Below, piece after piece: positions 26,294 through 37,400 of a stretch of DNA of 64,000 nucleotides. The position numbers and the translations under genes were made by a program. Source of the DNA: Bilabrum cf. latius (Eukaryota); contig OZ237745.1 of the NCBI GenBank assembly GCA_965178125.1, positions 248,001 to 312,000 on the forward strand, in the 5' to 3' direction. Numbering within the stretch: the stretch's first letter is position 1; each line of letters opens with the position of its first letter. The notes under the pieces were generated by a model. The model searched no databases, had not been told where the DNA came from, and worked only from the letters and a program-made list of their open reading frames with translations.

Positions 26294-29200
26294 ATGGCAG
26301 GAAAGGCTGGAGATTCGCGAGAATTCCACATGAACAAAGTCTCTAAGCAGCTGCTAGAGGCAAGGGCGCTGTGCGAAGCTGATGGAAATAGCGGAAAAGT
26401 CGGGGCCAAAAACAAACTGTCTAGTATTCTTTCGAGTCCAGAAGGAAGGAAGTCTCTGGCTTCTGATACTCTGGCGTTTCGATCACCTTCCTTCGCGTCG
26501 CCCCAAGGCAAGAGTCGGTAGTCTGTCGCTGGTACCACCATGCGAACTGCAATACTGCCTTCTTCCGGCAACCAGCCAGAAAGATGCAGTCGTAGAAGAA
26601 GGAGTGATGCAGCAGCCATGTACGACAGCCCGATTCGCAAGCAACGAAGGCACGTGGTCGGCTCGGGCAGATCCAGGGCCACGGCGGCACTGCGTCACCT
26701 CGTCTCTCCCCCAAGGCGTTCCATCGCCGGCGGGGGCCTGCTCACTGCCTAGCGGGCCAAACACAGGCGGGAAAGCAAGGCCGAGATGCAGAAAGCTCTG
26801 CAGAGTTTCTGCTCCCCCTAGCCAGCCGCTTCGAATGGCAGCTGCGGCAGCAGAAGGGCCACCGGCACTGGCGGGTGCAACAAACTGCGGCGCAGACGAA
26901 GGACGCGCGGGGTGGTGGCCCCAGCGATGGATGCAGCGGAGCAAAGCGCCGACCCATCGCACGGTCCCGTGCAGCACCCCGCGGAGTGGTGTGACGAGGG
27001 CGAGTTGGGGGACCGCTCCAGTAGTAGCGGCACAGGCAGAGATCGGGACGATGCCACCGTCCAGACTGGCACGGCCAGCTACACATTGCCTGCGGATGGT
27101 TCCGCATCGATCGGCTCGCGTGCCTGTCTGAGCCCGTAGGACTGTGAGTCTGGTGGTGGTGGGAATGGGAACGGGAAAGGCGTCGAACCTTCGGCTGGAT
27201 CTAGCGATGGATTGGAGGTAGATGGTGGTGGAGCCTGCTATGAACTAGAGCAGGATGATGACGAGGTCGAGGGCGAGGATGAGGGCGAGGATGAGGGTGG
27301 GGGTGCAGACTCCTCCGAGCTGTTCGCCTCGATTGCAATGGCTGCCGCAGGGAGGGCACGCACAGTGTTCAGCCAGCCGTGTAGCAGGAGGGTGAGCAGG
27401 AGGGGAAGCGACGCCGGCGCGGCGGTGGTACCTGATGATGTTCCGGCGATTGCGCAAGATCGTGACGAGGACGGGGAGGAGGAGTCGTCACCAGCGAGAA
27501 GCTCCACCGGCGAGAGTGCCTCTACAGCCGTTGAAACAGCGAATGTACAATCTTCTGCTGCGGCAACAGAGCCAGCTGCGGCAACAGAGCCAGCTGCGGC
27601 AACAGAGCCAGCTGCGGCAACAGAGCCAGCTGCGGCAACAGAGCCAGCTGCGGCAACAGAGCCAGCTGCGGCAACAGAGCCAGCTGCGGCAACAGAGCCA
27701 GCTGCGGCAACAGAGCCAGCTGCGGCAACAGAGCCAGACACAGCAACATAGACCAATGCGGCAGTGGCAGCGGTCATACCCCGCAGTCATCAGTCATCAG
27801 AACGAGCGCCCCAGCAGCCCGAGTTGGGCAACCCTGACGAGATCCGATCCAGCACGCAGCGAGCCATCCGGGTGCTGGAGTCGGCGGTACAGCGGGCGCA
27901 GCAGGCCACCACCAAGTACATGATGAAGATGCAGCAGGGCAGCAAGGCACTGAAGGACGGTCCAGGAGATAGCGCCGGTCCACAGGCAGGCGATGGATCC
28001 ACAGCAGGAAGCAAGGGCAGTGCTTCCGGCGCTGGCGCTGTCAGCGGAGCTGGGAGCTCCTGCTGTATCGGGGACGAAGGCGCGCTGGCCATCGACGGCG
28101 CGGCAGGCGCGGCCACCCGCGAGCACGCGATATCTTGGGGCCACCTTCTGGTTCGCGTAGAGCGGGGCCGTTCAATTCCTCTGTTGCCTCCCTCGCACTC
28201 TCATGCGCTGTCAGTGGGTGCAAGCGGTCAACGCCGGGGAAGTGGCTGGACTCCAGCAACGACTGCGAGCTGGCAGGACCATCACGCCTCTCGTCGCGGC
28301 ATGATGCACGGCCGGCTGTCCAAGGGGCGCGCAGGAAGCGCAGCACCTGCTCAGTCTGCGGGCAATACCAGCGGCCGCGGCACGACGGGGGCCTCACCAG
28401 GCACAGATGACGCCCACGCCCACCACTACACCAAGTCTAGGCCAGTCCAGCTGCCCGCTCACGTGGCCGCTGAGGCGCCCATAGGGAACAAGTCGGCGTG
28501 GTCGCCCGCGACAGACGACATGGCTCCCATGGCCACGTGTCACGACACGGCAGAGTCCACGGGCGTGGTGCTGCTGCCCTCTGTGAGCAGTGAGTCCAGG
28601 CGGCTCCTGCAGGTGGTGAGGAGGCAGGGGTTCGAGGCTGCTGCGGCGCAGACGCCGCTTTCCGCTCGGCGCCGCCAGGTCATGGAGATTGGAGGTGGGC
28701 GAGGCGGCGCCAAGACGGCTGGCTTGCTGTCACGAACCGCGAGGCAGAGACTGGCACGCAGGGAGGGCGAGCCTAGGTCTGCTTCTGCTGAGCTAGGCAG
28801 GGTTGGAGACGGTGATGGCCATGGCGATGGTCACCGGCGCGATGAGATCAGCGTGCAAGGTGCCTGCAGCACTGGTGGAGGCTCTTCTGACTCTGACGCC
28901 ATCCAGCACGGGGCAAGACGCACCTTGCACGCTGCAAGTACAGCTTGCGAAGGACCGAGGTCTGGTGCAACGTCGCAGAGTAGTTCCAGTGGTGCTGCAC
29001 CAACGGGGCAGATTGGTATAGGTGCATCGCACGATGGTATTGGCGAGGAACAGGCCTGCGCCGCGGGTGCGTCCCCCGCTCTGCACTCCGTCGCCGGATC
29101 CTCCACGGCATTCGGCTCGAGCGGTAGCGCCAGGAGCCGGAGCAGCAGTAGCGCCCCACGATCGGTGCAGGGTACTCCAGGGCACGACTAGGCACGGACG

Positions 29201-29642
29201 CCCGTGCCACTACCTCCTCCTCCTCCAGCGGCAAGGGCCTCTGGAAGGCAGCCGGCTGGTCCGCAGCAGTTGCCGACTGTGCTAGAGGATGAGGATACCG
29301 CTAGTGCAGGTGATGGTGCAGCTGCTGGTGCTGGGTATCGTTTGGGTGAAAGCCCGGGTGCATTGAACTCCCGCGCAGGCGGCAGTTTGCTGCATTCTCG
29401 CGGCGCCAGCGAGCTTGAGTCTCGATTTGAGAGTGAAAGGGAGCACGATGCATCAGCCGCCGCCGATTCCTCACGGCAGCAGGCCATGTCGCTGGTCCTG
29501 GTGCCCGCGATGCCCCCGCCCGACCACGTGTCAGTGCGCGTGTGCGGTTTCCGGATGGAAGGTTCGTTCTGGGAAGGGAACCGAAGGCTGACCTATCGCA
29601 TCGTTACCGCGGAAGCGGTAGAGGACCGATCAGGGTCGGGGT

Positions 29643-29675
<33 letters not shown>

Positions 29676-30073
29676 TTGGGCAAGGGCACACGGATGGGCA
29701 GTCAGTCCCGCAGGGAACAAGGGCACGGGCGGATCCGCTGGAGCACTTGGGGTTCCCACCACCAGGAAGGGGCATGCGCTGGCGGGTGCTGGGAGACGTG
29801 CGCCGGAGGTACTCCGCCTTCGAGGCGGCGTGGGACAAGGTGAACGCCGCGTGCAGGCGCAAGCTGCGGTCCCACATGCCACCGAAAGCGCTGCTGAGTC
29901 TCTCGGGGGAAGTTGGTGCGCAGCGCTGCAGGGCGTTTCAGGGAATTTTGGACGAGTGGGTGGTGACGAGGCGCATGGCGGGACACAGGATCGTGAGCTG
30001 GTTCCTGGGCCTCTTTCCCGGGTCGGAACAGGATGCCGAGGCTGCCGGCGGGCTGGGGCGTGCTGCGAGCTGA
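26294..30073 (+). CDS. Largely disordered protein with a C-terminal PX (phox homology) domain, ~1259 aa
   Basis: One frame from ATG 26294 to TGA 30071-30073 through TAGs. PX-like VSVRVCGFR...LTYRIVT...VRRRYSAF...MPPKALL...QRCRAFQGIL...VSWFLG. Confidence 0.75.
27557..27736 (+). repeat. Perfect 18-bp coding minisatellite (GCTGCGGCAACAGAGCCA)x10 encoding (AAATEP)10
   Basis: Directly visible tandem array inside the PX-protein CDS. Confidence 0.97.
29642..29674 (+). repeat. TAG(CAG)10 microsatellite, a polyglutamine tract
   Basis: In-frame TAG 29642-29644 followed by ten CAG codons. Confidence 0.95.
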
Positions 30074-30192
30074 CTGCAGGCCGGCGAAGGGGTAGCTTAA
30101 TTTGAAGTTAACATCAGAGTGAGTACTGCATACACGATTGATCGACAGCATTTGGCAAGGCACGCCGACTGTCGGCGCCATCCCACTATCGG

Positions 30193-32478
30193 ATGATGAG
30201 AAGCAATAATGCGATGAACCGGGAAGCCGTCACCTTCATTCTTGCAATGCGACGAAGCTGCGCTCTGGAAGGCTCCGGCGATGAATCGGCAGTTCTAGAA
30301 GCCCTGGGTGGCCTGGCGATTTCGAATCCATCCGCTACCGTGATTCGTGGGATTAAAACTGCAGTGCGGCGTGACTGGGATCGCGAGGTGTCTAGCCTGG
30401 ACCGCGTTGCCATCATAACGGGCGGTGGCTCTGGCCACGAACCAGCGCATGTTGGATATGTTGGAAAAGGTATGCTCACAGCTGCAGTATGCGGGGAAGT
30501 GTTCGCGTCGCCGACAGTAGACCAGGTTTTTGGAGCGATCCTAGAAGTTGCATCGCCACGGGGAAAGTCGAAAGGAGTGCTCCTCGTCGTTAAATGCTAC
30601 ACTGGAGATCGTTTAAATTTTGGCATGGCTGCAGAACGCGCTAGAGCCTGTGGTATTGACGTTCGTATGGTGGTAGTGCAGGACGACGAAGCCATTCACC
30701 CTCGGTTCACGAGCGGACCGGATGGGAAGCCCTGCGAAGCCAAGGGGCCCGTGGGCAAAGCAGGAAGGCGGGGCTTGGCTGCAACTGTTCTGGTTCACAA
30801 GATTGCTGGAGCGGTCGCAGAAGCTGGAGCGTCCCTTGATGACGTGGAGCGAGCCGCAAAAAAGGCAGCCGCTGATGCCGGAACCATTGGCATCGCGCTC
30901 AGCACGTGCAGCCTTCCTGGCCGAACGGTTGACACTCGATTGGACGACGAAGAGGGACGAGCGCTCGGTCTGTGCCCGGCGTCTGGTCCCTTTCCAGTCG
31001 GAGCGAGCAGCGGTAGTGGTAGTGGAGCAGCTGCCGCCGGCGCTCAAGGCAGCGGGGCCGGTGGTGCGTCTGGACAAGATGGTGGTCTCCTCGCTGAATT
31101 CGGCATGGGGATTCACGGCGAGAAAGGGAGGAATATGGCCAGGGTTCGGTCCACGAAGCATGCAGCCGAGATGGTATCCTCGTCGCTGGCAGCAGCCATC
31201 GACCTATTCGGATCGGGCTCTACTAGCAGTGTCGTCATACTTGTCAACAGCCTGGGTGGAAGCTTAGACCTGGAGATATCTGGTGTCGCGTATCACGCAA
31301 CGAATTGGATCCGCGAGGCAGGCGCTGGGCGCGTGTCCGTGAGTCGCGTGTATTGCGGCAGGTACATGACCTCGATGGACATGAAGGGTTTCTCCATCAC
31401 GTTGCTGCCCGTGGACCCGGAAGGGGGCGTGCTGGGCCTCCTTGACGCAGCCACAACGGCCCCGGGCTGGATACCTGCTGTCGACCTAGATGTGGCTTCG
31501 TCAACTGCGAGGGGGGCCGGAGGGCAGCCCGTCTCGGGAGGCGGCAGCGGGGTGGCGGCTGCTTCGGGTGGGAGCTGTATGAAGCAGGGTGGAGTGCCGG
31601 CTTACCCAGACGAAATGGATGACACTGCGGCTGCGGGCGCTTCAGCAGCAGCACCGCCAGTTGCAGACGCTGGCGCCCAGGCATTGCAGCTAGCTCGGTG
31701 CATGCTGGGAGCGTGCGGTTCGTTGATGCTGGAAGCGAACAAGAAGGAAATCGCTAGGCTGGACACCCTGGCAGGGGACGGCGACTGCGGGGACACGATG
31801 GCGGACGCGGGAAGGCGAGTCGCGGCCTACGTGAACTATGCGGTACCGGAAGCAGCCAGCGACTGCAAGGGTGATGAAGACAGCCCCACCCGCATGGGGG
31901 CCTCCGTAAAGCCCGACGCGCAGGGTGTAAAGCTGGTGGATTTCAACGAGGCCTCTTCAGTGCTACGGGCCGTTGGGAGGGTGCTGGGCAAGGGGGTCGG
32001 CGGCACGTCCGGCGTGGTCTACGCCATGCTGCTGGGGGCGGTAGGGAGGCACCTGGAGAACTCCGTCCGAGGTGGTAGCGGTGTGACGAGTGTGTCCGTT
32101 TCTGGTGTGACGAGTGGTTTGCCTTGTTCTCCGGGTGATCTCGTGCGCGCGGTCGCCGCTGCGATCCAGGAGGTCTCATAGGCGGGGGGGGCCGCGAAGG
32201 GTGACAGCACTCTTCTCGACGCGGCTTGGGGTGCACTGAGCGGCATGGAAGAGGCCCTGTCGAAAGAGGAGGGATCGGGCGATGGTGCTGGCGCGCTGTC
32301 CTGGAAGAGTCTTCTAGAGGCAGCTGCTGCGGGGGCCCGGGCCGGTGCGGAGGGCACTGCCACGATGCAGTCAGCGGTGGGGAGGGCGAGCTACGTGGGC
32401 GAGCACAGCGTGGGGGTCATGGATGCTGGCGCGTATGCCCTGAGCCTCTGGGTGCGTGGAATGCTAGATTCGATGTGA
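30193..32478 (+). CDS. DAK: Dihydroxyacetone kinase / triokinase (Dak1+Dak2 domains), ~761 aa
   Basis: VAIITGGGSGHEPAHVGYVGKGMLTAAVCGEVFASP, YTGDRLNFG, EFGMGIHGEKG, GDGDCG, GGTSG. After TAG 32179-32181 the frame continues with GGAAKGDSTLLDA, GRASY and DAGA to TGA 32476-32478. Exact start uncertain. Confidence 0.93.
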
Positions 32479-32581
32479 CTGAACGGTACCGCTCGAGCAA
32501 GAGTATGCCTCACGGTTGCATGCCAGTGGCTCCGATCTTCTGTTGGTTGATCGCATTCTCATTCGCTCCAAACCTCATAGA

Positions 32582-34285
32582 ATGATAGCAATTGGTTTCT
32601 TACTCGTTAGTGCGGTATATGCTGACACTGAAGCTGCCCTAGCTCCGCTATTGACAAGTCAGTTCGAAGCGTACGGTCTGCACGAGCGATCAGCTGCTGC
32701 TGTTGCTCGATCCTACCTTGCCCTGGCGTGGGAAAGCCTGGATTCGGCAACCAGCAAAGCGCTGGCGGACGCTGCCGTTTACAAATTAGATCCTGTTGCC
32801 GAAGAATGGGAGACGTTCAGCACAGCGTCGTCCAACGACTGTCGTGCGGGCCAGGTACTGTCGTCGCTCACTGGCGTTCCAGGCGAGCTGGCGGTGACTT
32901 GGCAGACGTATGCCCCATTGGATCAAGGATCCTCAGTCATAACATCTGAAGGCTAGTTCTCTATCGCTACAGAGCGGCACTATGATGTGAATACGACGTA
33001 GTGGCTCGAGTGGGCACCGTACACGTATGGTGCGACTCTTTCTGGCTTGCAAGCCGACGCAATGGTCTCCTACACGGTGAACGGGTCATGTGATGGTGTG
33101 AAAGTCGAGTTGGGTCCATATGAGGCGCAGGCCCCGTTCGTACCCGACAAGAATGCGTCCCAGCCGAGCAGGAACACGGTTGTCGCTTTGTGGGGGGACT
33201 AGGGTGTCTTCGTGCCTCTAGGATGGGCTGTTGAGGGCGCAATGCAGGAAGATTACGGGCTTGATACTAAGAGCGGGACTGTGTCTGGCAAGCTCGACGC
33301 TAGAATCGTCGTCGGAGACATTTCGTACGCTGGCCTCGACATCAGCGTGCCTTCCCTCAACATCACCAACGGCGACGAGGAAGAGGCAATCTGGGACCTC
33401 TATGGCATGCAGCAGTCTGCCCTGGGATCAAGGCGCCCGTTTATGGTCACGTTTGGCAACCACGACAACTTCTACGACGCTATCGCGTTCTAGAATCGCT
33501 ATGCAACGCCGTCCACCCGTTTCGGGCTGAGTCACCCGATCGCGCCAGGACAGGACGCAGCAAGCAAGCCGAACGTACAGCCAAGCGGCAGCCCCTATTG
33601 GTACGCGTTCGAGGTGGGAAACGCCCACTTCCTCTCCCTCAGCTCTGAGCACGACTACTCCAAGGGCTCGCCCCAGTGGCTGTACGCCGAGCAAGACCTC
33701 AAAGCAGCGGCTGCGAACCGGGCCAACGTCCCCTGGATCGTGGTAAACTTCCACAGGCCCATGTACTCTTCCTACACGTCCGAATACCCCGCCCACCACC
33801 AGGGAGGCCTCCTGCAGGTGGACCTGGAAGCGCTCTTTATCGAGAACGGCGTGGACCTCGTGGTCAGCGGACACATCCACTCCAGGGAGCGAGTGCACCC
33901 CGTCAGCAACGGGACGGTGACAAACTTTCCCACCAATATCAGCACGCCCAGGGGCCCATCCCAGCTGTACAAGAACCCGGCGGCTCCCGCGCACATATGC
34001 GCGGCAACAGGCGGGGCCCTCTAGGAAGACTCGTGGGTGGAGCCCAAGCCCCAGTGGAGCGCGGTGAGGGCTTCTGGGTGGCTAGACTCGTACGGGTACG
34101 TCCATCTCGAGTTCGCCAACAGCACGCACATGCTAGCAGAGACGAGGGGACTTGCGCCCGTGCCCAACAACAGAACCAGTGCGGGACGGCAGGTGGTGCT
34201 CGAGGAGCTGGCTGCCGGTGGCAAACGGGTCGTGCTGGATGGTTCGCATGTGGTCGACTCGTTCTGGATTGAGAAGAGCGGTTGA
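32582..34285 (+). CDS. Secreted purple acid phosphatase (metallophosphoesterase), ~567 aa
   Basis: Signal peptide MIAIGFLLVSAVYA. All five PAP motifs lie in one frame across TAGs: GD(TAG)G, GDISYA, GNHD, FHRPMY, GHIHSRER. Ends at TGA. Confidence 0.9.
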
Positions 34286-34410
34286 GATGCGCTGATGTTC
34301 TAGATACTGGATGCTAGCTTGCCACAGTCACCGATCTGCGTCGTCCCGGATGGGCTGCACCAGGTCGAATCCTGATGATCATTCAAGCTTGAGTCTGCGT
34401 AGAGTACGAA

Positions 34411-37400
34411 TCACCCACGCGTCTTTTTGCCTCGTTTCTTCACCACTCGCCGCACCGGCTTCTATCCCCCACCACCGTCAAGCTGGGCACTTCCCCCTGC
34501 CACCGCACTTAATCCACCCGAGGTGCTGGAGCCTCTGAGCCCCGCTGTCCGCTGGGCGGGAGCGCTGGGATTTCTGTCCCCAGCGGCCACGTAGCTGCCC
34601 TTGCTGCTGCCACCGTCGTCTCCTCTCCAGGCTGACTTGACCAGGCTGGGCGTAGGCGCCGCGGTACCTGGTACTGCGCTGCTGCTCCTGCCATGTTCCA
34701 CGCTTGCTGCCCGCAGTTCAATCGATGCATCCTGCGTGCTGCCAGGGATTGAGTGTAGGTCAGACGGAGGTGTCGCCGCGTGCATGCCGGCTGCGGGACT
34801 GCCGGGGTCCGCTGCCGCATGATTTTTACGGCCAGTGCGATGTGAAGACCCGTCAGTCTCCGGGTAAAGCTGCTAGTCGACTGTCTTCCACACGTTGAAC
34901 GGGGAGTCGACAGACGCCCGCCCCCGCTGGAGAGCACCCCACCTTTGCTCTTCCTATCTCACTGAGGCGATTGTGTCACCATTGCGCAGATCAGCAAGCT
35001 TCTGGGCCAGCTGCTTCTGTGAGTATGGCTTGGGCAGAATGCCGTAGAAGCCAGCCTCCCTGTACTCTGGCAGATTCCATGGGTCGTGGTTGGCCGTCAT
35101 GGCGAAGATGGGCACCCTGCATCCCAGCTCAAGGAGGTGCTTGCACACGTCCGTGCCCCTGGAATGTACCATCACGATATCCATCAGGATTGCATCGAAA
35201 CGAGGACCAGTCGGCTCAGGAAGAGAGCTGGCTTTAGAACCGGCTCCTGCCGCGGCGCGCTTCCGCGGGCTGGACTTGGATGGAATGTGACCCCTGCCCT
35301 TCAGCAACGCTTCGCACTGCTGCCCGTCCTCAAGCTCCTACGAAGTCGCACCCAGCCGCTGCAGCATACGGGTAGCCATGCGGCGGAGGGCCCGCTCGTC
35401 GTCTACCACGAGCACATGCATGCCATTCAGCGGTCCAGAGGCGCCACGCGTGTGCAGGCTTTGCCCAGCGTTGGCTTCAGAGGAAGAAAAAGCCGATGTC
35501 TGCACCGGCTCTGGCCTGGTGATGCCAGACAGGCCAGACCGTGCATTGTTGCCTGACGTCTCTGCGCTGGCGCCCCTGCTTGTTCTCTGGACCTTTTGAT
35601 CGCCGGAAGCTGGACCGCTACCTTGGAGGCCTGCAGCAAAAGCCATCTCCAAAGCACGCAGCTGTGCTTTTCTTGAAGTAGCTGTCATTTGTACAGCCGC
35701 GCCTGAAACTGCTGCACCGCCTGCTTGTTGAGATGCTACCGGCTCCTCTTGAACCAGAGCGCCTCTTACGGGTGGCAGTACCAGTTTGCTACCCCCACCT
35801 TCCGGTGCGTCAGTCCCGCGTGCACCCATGTCATCAAGTATTTCTGCAACACCCGGAGCCCCATCTTTCGGAAGTTGGCCCTGCTGGTGATGATCGGTGC
35901 TGTGGCCTGATGCGAGTGCTCCTTCGAGCATCGAGCCAGGATGGGCTCCAGCCGATTCCTGATTGCCTTCGCCTGATGCCATCTGTCTCCTGTCACTGGA
36001 CAGCGACGCGATTGCGGCTTGGTCGAGCGAGGGCCGCCCCCGCAAGAGGTCTGCTTGCCGGCCCATCTGCATGCGTCGAGTCCATCGCCCGCTGGTTGTG
36101 CTTCCGGAGCGGCCGCGCCCGCTGCCACTCATACTACTTAGGCCGGATGCGGGATTTGCGTCGTGACCATCAATTGGGTTACTGTCGCCTTCAATGGCTA
36201 CCTTGAGACCTGACGTTGGTCGTGCAGCGACTGGTCTACTCGCTGCTCGCCGGATGCTGTGGTCGAATTGCCCAGACAACGATCTCAAATGCACGAGCAG
36301 GGCACGAAGCTAATTCCTGGCTAGCCTTACGAGCGCTTCCAGCAGGTGATTTGGTCCAGTGGACGATCGTGAACTGCCATCCTCCTTCGCTTCGTTGTCC
36401 ATGGCTCGGTTGATCACGTCTAGCGCAGCCAGCACCAGGCGCTCTCGTCTGCTATACCTCAGCTCGGCCCGTGACCTCCACTCACTTCTCTTTGGTAATT
36501 GTGCGCCAGTAACCTCACTGCCTGTCAATTTTTCCTTGCTGCTGCCTCCAGACTGAGTCGTACTGGATCCCTTTCCCTTGGTCGCAGCGGGCTGGTCAAT
36601 TCTATCCTAAGCTTCTTGCGAGCCAGAACCTTGCCCAGACAACGCATGCGTGCCGACTGCAGACCCACCCTGAGATCCCTTGGCATCGTTGTTAGCAATA
36701 CTCGACGAGCCGTCAATCTTGCCGAGGCCAGAGTCGGTGAAGCTCCTGAAGTCCTCGCTCCTGCACTGACTCGTGCCCCCGATGGCGCTCCTCCAGTGGC
36801 CTTGCGATCCCCTTCGTCGTAAGTCTCCATGCCTGGAATTGTCAGCGGCGAGGATACCCTCTTCGGATGACGTGCGGCGAACAAGTGCCTTGCCTTGCAT
36901 GCCTGCCGCAGCCGAGTCGTCCCCGCACACAACTGTGGCCGAGCACTCTGCCAGTGCGCCGTCCGGATCGTCTTGTGCTAGCTTGGCGCGTGCCCGCTCA
37001 ATCGCCTGCATCTCCACCTGCAGTCGCTGCTCCCACATGTCAGTCGCCTCCCTTGGCAGCTTGCTCACCGCCCCTGCCTCCATCCTTCGGACCACGCGCC
37101 ACGGGGGCCGCAGCGGCAGTGCCACCTCCAGCACGGTCCTCTTTTTCCTCTTCTCCGTCCTCAGACCGATGGTCCCGCCCATCTGCTTGGTCAGCTCTTC
37201 CGCCATGGCCAGCCCCAGGCCAGAACCTTTCTGCTTGGCAACTGAGCTGGCGCTTCCGTCGGGAGCAGTTGGCTTGAACATGGCTGCTTCGGATGCATGG
37301 CTGGTCAAGGAAGCATACGATCCCACAGAATCACCCTCAATGGCAACCTCGGCACCAGCTCCACCAGCACCACCCGTCTCACCCGGCGTAGATGCCTCCT

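Noticed and set aside
27557-27736. Possible CRISPR array
   Set aside because: Head-to-tail identical 18-mers with no spacers, in frame within a CDS, and no cas genes.
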